Notes under the pieces: model-generated
Databases searched by the model: none
Seen by the model: only the letters and a program-made list of their open reading frames with translations
Told to the model about the DNA's origin: nothing
Program-made: the position numbers and the translations under genes
Assembly (NCBI GenBank): GCA_964035575.1
Contig: OZ037836.1
Location: forward strand, 992,001 to 1,056,000
Source of the DNA: Rhynchopus sp. YZ270_cl-10
Taxonomy: Eukaryota
Reading direction: 5' to 3'
DNA: 64,000 nt
Shown: one piece after another, positions 27,866-39,482 of the stretch
Position numbering within the stretch: the stretch's first letter is position 1
Layout: each line of letters begins with the position of its first letter

Positions 27866-29168
27866 CCTACCCTCCCCCGTGCATAAGTCTGCGTATAAGT
27901 CCGATTTTTGGGGGGGCTGAGGGCCTCCGGACTTATACACGGGTATCGGACTTATACACCGTTCGGTTTTGTGCACCCAGGTACCCAGACCCATACAGTG
28001 TCACATGACCTTAGTGTGAGTGACCCACACATGAAGGAATGTGACACCACAAAATTTACCCTGTCTTCGTGCACCTTCGGTACAACGCCGCAGGCAGGCC
28101 AAACAGCGTTGGACTCAGAGGAATGCCTGCTGTGCAGTGTATCAAACATGAGAATCAACACCCAGCAACAAGGGGCACCTTTTGGCTGTTGAGACTGTTT
28201 GGGGTGCAAAGTCTTCCACAATTTTGCAGTAACAGGCTCACATATTTGAGAATTGTGAGGATGATGTGTTGACACGAGAAGCGTGAAGATGATCCCTGGT
28301 GAATACACCGCCAATAAAAATAAATTGCGCTCGCTTCGCTCGCGGAAAAACACCCAATATTTTTCCTCCGCTCGCTTCGCGAGCGGGAAAACGCCCCTAA
28401 AAGAAAAAATTCTCCCCACCAGTACACAAAACCGGTGTATAAGTCCAATCCTGAGCCCAAATCTGCCCGGACTTATACACGGGTCATGGGGGTCGGACTT
28501 ATGCACGGGGGGGAGTCAGGTGTAGCCATAAGTCGGGGATCGATCCCCGGGCCAAAATTCCCAGATTTTCCCCCTAACAAACTGCGTGGGAAATGCTGCC
28601 TTAGCAATATTAGATTTAAGGATCAATTTGAATCCTGGGCCGTAACACGGATTTGGATTCAGAGGATCCCAATCTTTCCAATAACGACATTTTCTGGGGG
28701 TGGAAAAATACCCTGCTTTCTTGCGTGGGGGTTGGGCCAAAAAAAATATAGGCACCCGAACAATCCCCAGTGTATACTGTGTATACTGTGTGCGGAAATT
28801 GACCAAAAACGAGAACTTGTCCATTTCGACAAATTGACCCCACCACTGGCCGGACGGATTCCGGAAATGCAAATGCAAGTGTTTTCGGTGTGAACTGTGT
28901 GTACTCTATGTACTGTGCGCTACCACAGCACAGGACCTCGTAAGCTCTCAGTAAGCTCTCACAGGCTCTCACAAGGTTAACACCTTGCGCTTTCAGCGGT
29001 GGGTCGCGATTTTTTTCACAGTGTGCAAACGAACAGATTTTTGACATTTTTTTACCGTTTTCCTGATTTTTCCTCATAAAACTCCCCCCCTAAATTAAGC
29101 CGGGGATCGGGGATCGGGGATCGCGGGTTTTGACCCCCCTAGTTACGGCTACACCTGGGGGGAGTAGG
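27866..29168. mobile_element. MITE with TA TSD (copy 1, interrupted by a hAT MITE)
   Basis: TIR CCTAC(C)CTCCCCCGTGCATAAGTC / GACTTATGCACGGGGGGGAGTAGG, flanked by TA; internal CTTATACAC repeats; paralog of 35771-36418. Confidence 0.7.
28517..29157. mobile_element. hAT-type MITE (641 bp)
   Basis: TIR CAGGTGTAGCCATAA / TTACGGCTACACCTG; perfect 8-bp TSD GGGGGAGT; empty site in the paralog at ~36408-36415. Confidence 0.9.
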
Positions 29169-29463
29169 TACAAAAGGAAACAAACGTCATTCTCAATCGC
29201 AACAGAAACGGTCTTTGTACATTGCATGTCGCTAAAAAATAAGACAGTTTTTGTGGGGATTCTTTTGCAGCACAGAGTAACATAACACAATGTGTGGAAC
29301 GTCTTGCTCAGCACAGCTCTCCTCTCGCACCAAGTAGTAGTCTGTGCCACGGTGAGCAAGACTGTGCCCCTCTTCTTCTCCGAACCAGAGGACGCAAGCA
29401 GACATATTGCCAGAGACCCTCCACCTCGGGGAGGTGCTGCCCTGCCACCAACACACCACGTCG

Positions 29464-30228
29464 TCATTGTGCGTGTCTCTGTCGATTCTGGCTTTGCTCG
29501 GGGGATTCGTCTCTGCTTCGTTTCGGACGTGCTTCAACCACAAGCTCACTCAGATCGCCGTTCCTCACTTCGTTGGACACAACACTGCTGCAGCCGGAAA
29601 GGTAAATGCTCGTCAACGAAGTGCAGTACGCAGCAAAATACGTAACATGTGTAAAAAAATTCTTATCAATGCCCGTCACGTTGGCGAATGGTGACAAATC
29701 CAGGGTGGTTAAGCTTCTGCAGCTCCAAAGGAAGGCCTCACCAACCTGCGTCAAATTGCTCAACCCAGAGAGGTTGATACTTGTCAACGAGGTGCAGTCT
29801 GCCAGGAACCTGTCTCCAATGCGAGTCACAATGGACTCAGCACTGAGATCAAGTCTCGTCAACGAAGTGTGTGCCAAGAAGTCATTCGGAATGACAGTCG
29901 CAACCTCCGCCTGCAGAAGCAAACACGCCACCTCAGGATCCTCCACACTCTTCAACTTCTCGGCTGTGATGTCGGTCACACCCAACGCATGAAGCTCTGC
30001 AATGGCTTCTTGTTTCTGCGTTTTCGTGAGGATGATTGTGTCACCAGCACTCAGCTGCGTCATGTCCGCTCCTTCTCCCATCGCTTCGTCTCCGAAACTC
30101 ATGCAAAAGCCGTCTTCAGGTAACCCCATTGCAGTCGCCACCTTCCGCCGCAAGCCCTCCACTGTGTCATCTTCACCCACCTCGACTGTGTGCTGATTCG
30201 TGTCGAAACCCTTGATGTTCAGGTCCAT
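29464..30228 (-). CDS. Ubiquitin-like domain + BspA/TpLRR-type leucine-rich-repeat protein with basic C-terminal NLS-like tail (254 aa)
   Basis: Ubl fold MDLNIKGFD..TVEVGEDDTVEGLRRKVA..LSAGDTIIL; LRRs IGDRFLADCTSLTSINLS and VGEAFLWSCRSLTTLDLS; tail RPKRSR..RQR. ATG chosen at 30228. Confidence 0.85.
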   Translation of the reverse strand: MDLNIKGFDTNQHTVEVGEDDTVEGLRRKVATAMGLPEDGFCMSFGDEAMGEGADMTQLSAGDTIILTKTQKQEAIAELHALGVTDITAEKLKSVEDPEVACLLLQAEVATVIPNDFLAHTSLTRLDLSAESIVTRIGDRFLADCTSLTSINLSGLSNLTQVGEAFLWSCRSLTTLDLSPFANVTGIDKNFFTHVTYFAAYCTSLTSIYLSGCSSVVSNEVRNGDLSELVVEARPKRSRDESPEQSQNRQRHAQ

Positions 30229-31549
30229 GTCTTTGTTGTGGTTTTGTGTTCTGATTTCTGTGTGTGGTGGTGGGGTGGAGGACAACAAGCCTGCAGTCCT
30301 TTTCAAGAACCTTGCAAACAACAACTGTGGGAAGAAGGCCCCCTCTCCCCGACTCGAGAGCATCTGTCCCCACTGGTCGCCAGCACCTCTAACTGTGATG
30401 AGCCCCTACCCTGACACTGTACCAGAACACAGAGGATGAACCCGAAACCAGAATGTACCTGAATCAGAGTTGAAATACAAAGCCCTCTCGTGAACAGTGT
30501 ACCTTGGTACAAGGACCGGCTGTACCAGGGGTGGACACCCAACCATCCATTTCGTGGTTTACCTGGCCGCAATTGAAATATTTTTTTTTTAGCAAATATT
30601 TCAACCGACGCCATCGATTTATTTTGAAAAAAAAGTGAAAAATCAGGCCAAAATAAGGTATTTTCATATGCAATCAATAAATTGATAGTATATGGTGAGG
30701 GATCAACAAAAATGGTCCCATCTTTCTTTGTATGGCGTATGTTGTGCAAAACGTAGAAAGGTGATATCAGGTCAAATAAAGAAAAGAATAAAATCATAAC
30801 TGGAGGGGGAAATAGAGATCAAGCTCAAGCCTGAAAAAAATGCGTTAATGGTGTTCCCTGAGGGGGGCTATGTGTAAAAAGGGTCCTTCTAAGGTATACC
30901 CCAAAACCCCATAAGGCACACTGTGCAGACAAACCATTGGTTCGTCGATGTTCGTCCTGGGTCTGGGGGAGGGGGAATGGTTCCTCGAACATCAAACCAA
31001 AACGACGAACTTTTGGTTCGTCTGCACAGTATGATGGGAAGCACCAATTTAACAAAAAATTATTACTCATCCACTTGCTGTTTGGATAAAGAAAACAAAG
31101 ACGATAAGGGGGTTTGGGGGGAAGAGTTTAATTCTTGAACGCATCCCCACACATACTCGTTGCAAAAAAAGTATTTTCATCATATGCAATCAATAAATTG
31201 ATAGTATATGGTGAGGGATCAACAAAAATGGTCCCATCTTTCTTTTTATGTTGTGTGTTTTGCAAAACGTAGAAAAGAAAAGTAAAATGCTTCGTGCACA
31301 AGTTGAAACTTCAGTAGATTGGTTTCTGATATTAACCCTGTTTCAGTCCTAAGAATCATACAGTTGTATTCAAAAGGGTGGACATCTTCAGTGATTTCCC
31401 TTTAAATGGTGGGAAAAAAAAAAAAAAAAAAAATGTTTTAAGAAAGAGAAATTGGGAAAGTGAGAGAAGGGATGTGAAGAAAAAACAAGTAATTGCTATC
31501 GGAAAAAAAAAACGGGGTGTGCTGTGGAACTCCATCCTGTAGAAATAAT

Positions 31550-31870
31550 CTACAACACACCCAGCATTCTGCTCTTCTGCAGGTATGCTAACGCTCTTCG
31601 TACGCTGCCAGACCCACTGGGACGCCAGCATCTGAAACGTTCAAGAAGGGGGGCTGTCCTCTTCGTCCAGCACCATCTGCTCGATAGCGTTGTTGGACGC
31701 CCGCTCGGCAGGCTCGGCGTGGTCCAGCTCGTTTTTGTCCACAGGCTCCCCACATTGTCGTCGTCGTTGGAGCAGTGCGGAAGGAACACAGAATGCACAG
31801 ACTACAACACATCGATCACACCAGGCACATCAGCACCTCCAGCAAATCGCCAGGATGCTACGGTGGTTTC
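31550..31870 (-). pseudogene. Possible Cys-rich (RING-like) gene fragment
   Basis: GC-rich coding-like island reading ..WCDRCVVVCAFC..RRQCGEPVDKNELDHAEPAERASNNAIEQMVLDEED*, with an upstream stop. Confidence 0.25.
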
Positions 31871-32566
31871 GAAAATCACGCAGAGTTTTCCACAGCACAC
31901 CCCGCTTTTTTCTTAGCAATTACTTGTCCTTGTTGTTATTGTTGTTTTCAACCACCTTCCTTCAACCCTTGTAGGATCAGTTGTTATTTTTTTCGCGAAA
32001 ACATGAAATTACACATTTCAAGAGAACAAATTAAAAAGGGTCCTTATTTGCATTTTTGGGCTCCGCCCGTGCAGTGGTGGGGTCAATCTCGAAAATTGGA
32101 CAATTTTTTGACCACTTAAATTTTGAGAAATATGAGCCCGGTTGCTTATACGTGGGGCCCATTTTCGGCTAAAATTTTCCTCAAAATCTGGTTTTGTAAA
32201 ATTGACCCTTTACTCCCCCCCCACATCGATTTCAATACTATACCTTACTTCACCTACGGTTGCCCTTACAGGGGGGTGAAGGAAGGTAAGTTGAAAAAGG
32301 AGAAGTTGAAAAGTGCAAAAACGTCTCACCGTTCCTCTGCGGACGCAGGTACTCTTTATGAGACCAAGCCTCGAACGCCTCTCGTGTATCAAATATTTTG
32401 GGGTGTAAACAGGAAACGGTACTGTACTGTACAAACAAAAGGGGGGACCTGAACAGATCACTTTGTGTAAGTTTTGGTGATAGTCGCGGGACCCTTTGGG
32501 GATTGACTTCGCACAGCTAAGGACCAGCTAAGAAACACATGAAACATGCATTTGCGGCCCTATGAC

Positions 32567-34960
32567 TTACGTAGTCTTTGCGTGGAATGGGTCCTCTGAA
32601 AAGCCAAAGGAGAGGGGCTTGAAATGCCTTTTGTTGATCGACTCCAGGATGTGACTGAGACGCGGGGGGAGCTCGGGGAGCGGGCTGGGTAGTGCGTCGA
32701 ACTTCTCCTCCAGAACAGACCTGACGACGCTGTTCTGTGCAAGCAGATCGCCTCCTTCGTTCCTGTCAGCCTCCAGCTGGTACATCCACTCCTCATTCTT
32801 GGACTCCTTCTTGTGTACAATGTTCCATATCATCCTGGCATTGGACTTCGGGTGAATGCATTTGTGGATGAGCTCTAGCTCGAAGACACTTCCCACCTTC
32901 TCGCGCATCTTGTTGTCCAGTGTGCACTTCAATGTGAGGGTTTTGTTTAAGGTCTCGAGAAGCTGGACCCACATCACGTCGTCGGAGATCACTGTGAAGC
33001 GCCTGGATGTCATTGTCCCGATGTTGCCAACGCGCGCCGAGCCTGAGGCCACGGCACATGAGAGGTTGAAGTTCATCGCAGGGACCTCGCGAAGTGCGTT
33101 GCTGGCATCTAATGACGCATCGCAAGCAAGCGTGGCACTGCTGTACACAGCGCGTGCTGCGTTCCATGTGAACAGCAGGCGGTCACCTGACATCGTGTCC
33201 AGGACCCCTTGGTACGACATCGCCAGCGCCACCACGGTGCCCACAAATAAGCTGCTCTGCTCGAGAACAAGCCTCTCGGTGGCGGACTGTGCTGTCCACC
33301 CACACTTCACCAAATTGAACTGTGCCAGTGTGACGCTCTTCTTCTCGAGGTACAGTGACAGCCGCACCCCCGCAGACACCTTTTTCACTTTACTGGAGAG
33401 GCTGCTGGCATGTCCGCTAGGCCGGGTTGAGTGGGACGTTTGCGATGCTGATGTCGTATTCTCTACGCCGATGCTGCTGCGGTCGTCGTCCACAACGTCG
33501 TCCGGTTGTATGGCTGCAGGCATGAAGGCCTTGAACTCTTGGATGCGTGCCGCCGTTGCTGTCATGCCGTCCACCACCGTGCGCACCTCCCGCACCATCA
33601 AGCACCGTGTCTGGTATGTGGCCACCTCGTCCATCGCGATCTCAGTATGCATATCCCCCAGCGCTGTGATGGCTGCCGACAGACGCTTCAAAGGGAAAGC
33701 GATGAACACAGACTCCATGATGGCCACCGTCATGTCAAACACCAACACAAGCACAGTAAACAGAATCAGGAAGATGAGCGCCTCGACAAACTTGCTTTGC
33801 ACAGCACTGACAGGCTGCAGCCACACGAGCACCAGGTCTTTGTGCGGTGCAGGGGCACGGCGGATGTAGTGCTCACTCCCGTCCAGGGACGACTTCCCAA
33901 AGTACATCGCACCCTCTCTGGACAACGCTGCGACACCCTCTTGCGCCACTAGCGGAAGCGTGCTCACCGTGCGCACACAGTCATCCGTGGCGACACTCAG
34001 CTCACGCCCCGCGGTGCACTCCGCGCGCGCCATGCCACCGTACGTCGACGCGTACACGATGCCGCTCTTGAGCTCCACCAGGAACGCGATCTTCTCGGGG
34101 TGGTCACGGCCGAACTCATCAAACGCCTTTTGGAACGTGTTGTACATCAGGCCGACGTACACCCCCACCGCCTTGTACGTGCTCCACGGGTGTGGTGGCG
34201 GCGGTGGCGGGAAGATGAAATCGAGCATGGCATAGAAGTAAAGATTGTTGTCGTACGCACGCCACTGCGTCATCGACGTCCACTGCGACGCGGCAGCACC
34301 GGCCAGAAGGTTCTTGTTGGGGAAGCCTGTGTCCGTGGTGTAGTCCTTCAGGTGCTGCACCCGGAAGGGGTCCAGGTAGCGCCGCTTTGCGTTGAACTCA
34401 TACACGTACTGATCGATGTAGCCTGTAGTGTTGTGCAAAGCATAGCACGGCACCATCATGCCCTCAACGTCCGTCCCATCTGGGGTCAACGGAAACAAAG
34501 CCGGGCCAAGGTTCTTGTAGTACGACCCGAACACATATTCCTTATTCCCGTCGGCGGTAAGGTCGGCCCACACCGACGACCAGAAAGCCGAGCTGTTCGT
34601 TGGGTCGTGTGTCGCGAGGGCTACCTGGGACGCATGAAGTGCAGGAACCGACCTGACCTGCGAGAAGACAAAGGAACGCACCAGGTGGGCCCATTCTGTG
34701 TTGTTGTTGTTCTTGATGCGTTCCTGCGAGTACATGAAGTACTTGAGCGTGAGCACGGAGCCTTCGACAGCCTGCACTACCTCTCTGATCTCCGACTGCA
34801 ACCCTGCCACCTCTGCACGGCTGGACTGCTCCACAGTGTCTTCCAGCGATTCAATACCTTGGTAATAAAGGATTAAACCACCCGCCATTGACGCACAAGT
34901 ACTGACCAAAGCTGAGATGATGATGAGCACAAGCACAGGTATGTCAAGACGGAAGCCCAT
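32567..34960 (-). CDS. Receptor-type class III adenylate/guanylate cyclase-like membrane protein (2 TM, extracellular sensor, HAMP-like linker, degenerate cyclase domain), 797 aa
   Basis: TM1 IPVLVLIIISALV.., TM2 FLILFTVLVLVF.., HAMP-like PLKRLSAAI..VREV, cyclase motifs GVLDTMSGDRLLFTWNA and SGSARVGNIGT..RFTVIS; intronless. Confidence 0.8.
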   Translation of the reverse strand: MGFRLDIPVLVLIIISALVSTCASMAGGLILYYQGIESLEDTVEQSSRAEVAGLQSEIREVVQAVEGSVLTLKYFMYSQERIKNNNNTEWAHLVRSFVFSQVRSVPALHASQVALATHDPTNSSAFWSSVWADLTADGNKEYVFGSYYKNLGPALFPLTPDGTDVEGMMVPCYALHNTTGYIDQYVYEFNAKRRYLDPFRVQHLKDYTTDTGFPNKNLLAGAAASQWTSMTQWRAYDNNLYFYAMLDFIFPPPPPPHPWSTYKAVGVYVGLMYNTFQKAFDEFGRDHPEKIAFLVELKSGIVYASTYGGMARAECTAGRELSVATDDCVRTVSTLPLVAQEGVAALSREGAMYFGKSSLDGSEHYIRRAPAPHKDLVLVWLQPVSAVQSKFVEALIFLILFTVLVLVFDMTVAIMESVFIAFPLKRLSAAITALGDMHTEIAMDEVATYQTRCLMVREVRTVVDGMTATAARIQEFKAFMPAAIQPDDVVDDDRSSIGVENTTSASQTSHSTRPSGHASSLSSKVKKVSAGVRLSLYLEKKSVTLAQFNLVKCGWTAQSATERLVLEQSSLFVGTVVALAMSYQGVLDTMSGDRLLFTWNAARAVYSSATLACDASLDASNALREVPAMNFNLSCAVASGSARVGNIGTMTSRRFTVISDDVMWVQLLETLNKTLTLKCTLDNKMREKVGSVFELELIHKCIHPKSNARMIWNIVHKKESKNEEWMYQLEADRNEGGDLLAQNSVVRSVLEEKFDALPSPLPELPPRLSHILESINKRHFKPLSFGFSEDPFHAKTT

Positions 34961-35770
34961 CGCAACTTCCTGAAAAATAAGTTTTCAGTCTCTCCGTGGC
35001 TGAATTATTGTGTGCTGTTAACCCTGTTGCGGGTGTGGCGAGGTAGTTGTGGTCTGGGGACGAGGTGTAGTTATTCCACAAAAAATAAAATAGAATCTTG
35101 CGCCAGACTGTCCTTATCCCAAAATAAAATGAAACACCACCCCTTCTTTATTCGTTGTTGTTTGTTGATCGCATCCATCCTTTTTTCACAACCAAAAATT
35201 CCGAAAAACACCCGAAACCCCGCGTCCTGAAGTACGGGGGAGAAGTGGAGCACAAAAGGGGAGAAGGCGAGAACGGCAAGACTCATGGCAACCGAAGAGC
35301 ACGTCTTTCCTTTCCAGACGTATTGCATACTCGCACAAAAATAATTTGACGGCCAAAGTAAGTTTTGGGATCCGGGGATGTTCTGGGTGATTTGGCGTCT
35401 TTATTTGTGTTGCGAGCTACAGGAAATGTTGCTCGTATTCATCGCGAAAATCCGCACCAGGCTATAAAAAAAACAGAGAACATATGCTTTGCTTCTCTTT
35501 CTTTATGATCGTTCTTGCTTTGCATTGATGCATCCACACGATTTCTCTTTCACCCTGACGACCGACCGCTTGAACCGCTCTTGTTATTGGTTCCGTTGTC
35601 TTCCTGTTCAAAAACACTTGACCCCCCGTCTTTAAAAAAATAGTGTCCCCATTCGTATATTTCGAATTTCGCAGAAGAAACCTCTTGTCTGTGCGGTACA
35701 TGAAGCTGGTGTAGAGCACAGACATGGATGAGAGAGGCTATCTATGTGGAGAGAGGTGAAAAGGGGGGTA

Positions 35771-36418
35771 CCTACCCTCCCCCGTGCATAAGTCTGCGTA
35801 TAAGTCCGATTTTTGGGGGGGCTGAGGGCCTCCGGACATATACACGGGTAACGGACTTCTACACCGTTCGGTTTTGTGCACCCAGGTACCCAGACCCATG
35901 CAGTGTCACATGACCTTAGTGTGAGTGACCATAAAGGAATGTGACACCACAAAATGTACCCTGTCTTCGTGCACCTTCGGTACAACGCCGCAGGCAGGCC
36001 AACCAGCGTTGAACTCAGAGGAATGCCTGCTGTGCAGGTATCAAACGTGAGAATCAACTCCCAGCAACAAGGGGCACCTTTTGGCTGTTGAGACTGTTTG
36101 GGGTGCAAAGTTTTCCACAATTTTGCAGTAACAGGTTCACACCTTTGAGAATTGTGAGGATGATGTGTTGACACGAGAAGCGTGAAGATGATCCCTGGTG
36201 AATACACCGCCAATAAAAATAAATTGCGCTCGCTTCGCTCGCGGAAAAACACCCAATATTTTCCCTCCGCTCGCTTCGCGAGCGGGAAAACGCCCCTAAA
36301 AGAAAAAATTCTCCCCACCAGTACACAAAACCGGTGTATAAGTCAAATCCTGAGCCCAAATCTGCCCGGACTTATACACGGGTCATGGGGGTCGGACTTA
36401 TGCACGGGGGGGAGTAGG
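35771..36418. mobile_element. MITE with TA TSD (copy 2, uninterrupted, 648 bp)
   Basis: TA|CCTACCCTCCCCCGTGCATAAGTC ... GACTTATGCACGGGGGGGAGTAGG|TA. Confidence 0.75.
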
Positions 36419-36716
36419 TACAAAAGGAAACAAACGTCATTCTCAATCGCAACAGAAACGTTCTTTGTACATTGAGCATGTCGCTAAAAAAATAAGACAG
36501 TTTTTGTGGGGATTCTTTTGCAGCACAGAGTAAAATACCACAATGTGTGGAACGTCTTGCTCAGCACAGCTCTCCTCTCGCACCAAGTAGTAGTCTGTGC
36601 CACGGTGAGCAAGACTGTGCCCCTCTTCTTCTCCGAACCAGAGGACGCAAGCAGACATACTGCCAGAGACCCTCCACCTCGGGGAGGTGCTGCCCTGCCA
36701 CCAACACACCACGTCG

Positions 36717-37484
36717 TCATTGTGCGTGTCTCTGTCGCTTCTGGCTTTGCTCGGGGGATTCGTCTCTGCTTCGTTTCGGACGTGCTTCAACCACAAGCTC
36801 ACTCAGCTCGCCCTTCCTCACTTCGTTGGACACAACACTGCTGCAGCCGGAAAGGTAAATGCTCGTCAACGAAGTGCAGTCCACAGCAAAATGCGTACTA
36901 CCAGTATAAGTATTCAAATCAATAGACGTCACGTTGTTGAGTGGTGATAAATCCAGGGTCCTTAAACTGTTGCAGCTCGCAAGGAAATATGTACCAACCC
37001 GCGTCACTTTGCTCAACCCAGAGAGGTCGAGACTTGTCAACGAGGTGCAGTCATATAGGAAGCCGTCTCCAATGCGAGTCACAATGGACTCAGCACTGAG
37101 ATCAAGTCTCGTCAACGAAGTGTGTGCCAAAAACCAATTCGGAATGACAGTCGCAACCTCCGCCTGCAGAAGCAAACACGCCACCTCAGGATCCTCCACA
37201 CTCTCCAACTTCTTGGCTGTGATGTCGGTCTCACCCAACGCATGAAGCTCTGCAATGGCTTCGTACTTCTGCGACTTCTTCGTGAGGATGATTGTGTCAC
37301 CAGCACTCAGCTGCGTCATGTCCGCTCCTTCTCCCATCGGTTCGCCACCGAAACTCATGCAAAAGCCGTCTTCAGGCAACCCCATTGCAGTCGCCACCTT
37401 CCGCCGCAAGCCCTCCACTGTGTCATCTTCACCCACCTCGACTGTGTGCTGATTCGTGTCGAAACCCTTGATGTTCAGGTCCAT
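36717..37484 (-). CDS. Ubiquitin-like domain + LRR protein, paralog 2 (255 aa)
   Basis: Same architecture as 29464-30228; ATG at 37484; a T-tract + AG lies ~90 nt upstream on the minus strand. Confidence 0.85.
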   Translation of the reverse strand: MDLNIKGFDTNQHTVEVGEDDTVEGLRRKVATAMGLPEDGFCMSFGGEPMGEGADMTQLSAGDTIILTKKSQKYEAIAELHALGETDITAKKLESVEDPEVACLLLQAEVATVIPNWFLAHTSLTRLDLSAESIVTRIGDGFLYDCTSLTSLDLSGLSKVTRVGTYFLASCNSLRTLDLSPLNNVTSIDLNTYTGSTHFAVDCTSLTSIYLSGCSSVVSNEVRKGELSELVVEARPKRSRDESPEQSQKRQRHAQ

Positions 37485-37987
37485 GTCTTTGTTGTGGTTT
37501 TGTGTTCTGATCTCTGTGTGTGGTGGTGGGGTGTGGAGGACAACAAGCCCTGCAGTCCTTTTCAAGAACCTTGCCAAAAAAAAAAATCACGTCATCAAGT
37601 GTTCCTTTTTTGATAGCGGACGGGGGGACGGGTTGTGCAACCAAAGTTAAAGCAAAGGGGTGGGGGTGGAGAAAGAAAATAATGCAAAATTACAGAAGGA
37701 CACCACTAAGCGGTGCACGAAAGGGAAGATGCTCTTGAGTGTGCACTAGGGAGGAGAGGGAACCTAAGACAAGGGGGTGGAGGGGGTGCGGTGGGGGGTA
37801 GGGGGGTAGGGGGGAGGAAATGATCCTGCGCGACAGGTGGGTCGCATACGCTTCACATGTCCACAAACTACGCCACATGGACGCAATGCGCAGACGTAGA
37901 GGCAAACTAACCCACCTGCCCGCCCTCGCCGATCATTCGCGAAAGGGTTCTCTTGCGTTTCCTATCTCTTTCTGGTAGTCTCATCAT

Positions 37988-38040
37988 ACTGTGGGTGTTA
38001 TAACGTTATTAACGTTAGATAACGTTATAACACCCACAGT
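37988..38040. repeat. 53-bp near-perfect palindrome
   Basis: ACTGTGGGTGTTATAACGTTAT ... ATAACGTTATAACACCCACAGT. Confidence 0.9.
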
Positions 38041-39049
38041 CTTATTATCTTCTAAATGTTGTTGTGCTAACGCGGACACCCGAGGGTGAGCTCCACACCA
38101 CCTATTCTCGTCAGCTCCTTAATTCAACGGTGTCACCAAAAAACGCTGGAAGAAAGAAAACTAAAAAGAAAATAGTGCCGGCCCCTGCCCCTAGACAAAA
38201 TTCATGGAATCAGAAGGAGTCCCCGTACACCTATGCTCCTGTTGCATAGACTAGGGCAACTATATTCCGGAGTTCCAAAAAGGGGGAGCATCAACTCCAG
38301 TGAAAGGAGGGATTCCCTCTGTTTAAGTTGCCCTTTTCCAGATAGAGTATAAGGGCAATACGAGATAGGGGAGGGACTCCTGGGGGGGGGGAGGGGTACA
38401 GGATAAAAAGTATTTCAGCATTTTGCCATATGCATCAAAGTTGTTAGGGGTAGGCCCGCAGTGCGGGGTGGTCACATCTTTTTCTTCCCCCACCCCAGTG
38501 TCTTATCCAGGAATCCAGATTTTCAAGGGGGTCAGCTTGTTTTTTGCCCAAGATTATTTCCAGCACTGCTGACCAGGGAAGACATTGGGAACATAGGGAA
38601 CTGTAGAGAAAATGGCGCCGCAGGCGAAAAAAATTTAGGGCGGGGTGTAAAAATCTAGCTTTTTACACCACAGTGTCACATTAACGAACATTGGAAATTT
38701 TGGCCCAGTCATGCTCTTGAAGAAGCCTGGCAGTTTGGTGTGGATGTGGCAGAAGCCTGGCAGGGTGTTGTTTTCTTCTGAACTCTCTGTGTTATAATAT
38801 CTAAGTCAATCGCGGGTGGTGGTTTGTGTAGCGTGAGGCTTGGCTCACTTCCTGGGTTCAGAAGTAGTGATTTCTTCAGATTAAATGAAAGCAGCGTGCT
38901 CATAGATTGCTCATCTGGTTGACACAACAAAACAAAACAATAAAATTTTACTGGAAAAACGGGTCTTCCCTCTCTTCGCGATATTTTTCGTGATTCATGA
39001 TCAGCGTGGTAGAATGGTATCGTCCCCTGATCACCCCACATTTGTGGTA

Positions 39050-39482
39050 CAGTAGGACAAGAAACTTAGCGACCAAAAAAATTGGCGATCAAATAATATT
39101 GGCGGATTTTAGGGGTTTTCTTGTAATTGGCGACTTTTTTGGTCGCCAATATTACTTGGTAGGATAGTGGTTCTTAGTCACATTGGTTGGGAAGTAGCTT
39201 TTTTTTTTCGCAATTTTTGATAAAGTTTTTGTGCCTCTTTTCGACTCACCATGTGTATTTTGGGTGGCGTGCGTGAGTGCGTGGCACGGAGCTAATGTTC
39301 GACGTTCTAAGATACGCTGCACCTGGTGCACTGAAGGGGCACCTTTTTTGTACTTGTTTTTTTTGTACCAATAAAAACCGCTTTCCCACCAAATAACTTG
39401 GCGACCAAAAAATATTGGCGGATTTTGGGGGTTTTCTTGCAATTAGCGACTTTTTTGGTCGCCAATATTACTTGTCTTACTG
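39050..39482. mobile_element. Tc1/mariner/pogo-type MITE (433 bp)
   Basis: TA|CAGTAGGACAAG ... CTTGTCTTACTG|TA; internal direct repeat 39068-39158 vs 39399-39472 with GCGACCAAAAAA/TTTTGGTCGCC motifs. Confidence 0.75.

Larger units (their letters stand above)
25530..30314. repeat. Segmental duplication unit 1 (cyclase-like pseudogene + Ubl-LRR gene)
   Basis: Near-identical to 32301-37574 apart from a ~1.13-kb deletion at 27540/27541 and a MITE insertion at 28517-29157. Confidence 0.9.
32301..37574. repeat. Segmental duplication unit 2
   Basis: Paralog of 25530-30314 with both genes intact. Confidence 0.9.

Noticed and set aside
32856..34876. Plus-strand ORFs over the cyclase-like gene
   Set aside because: Antisense shadows.
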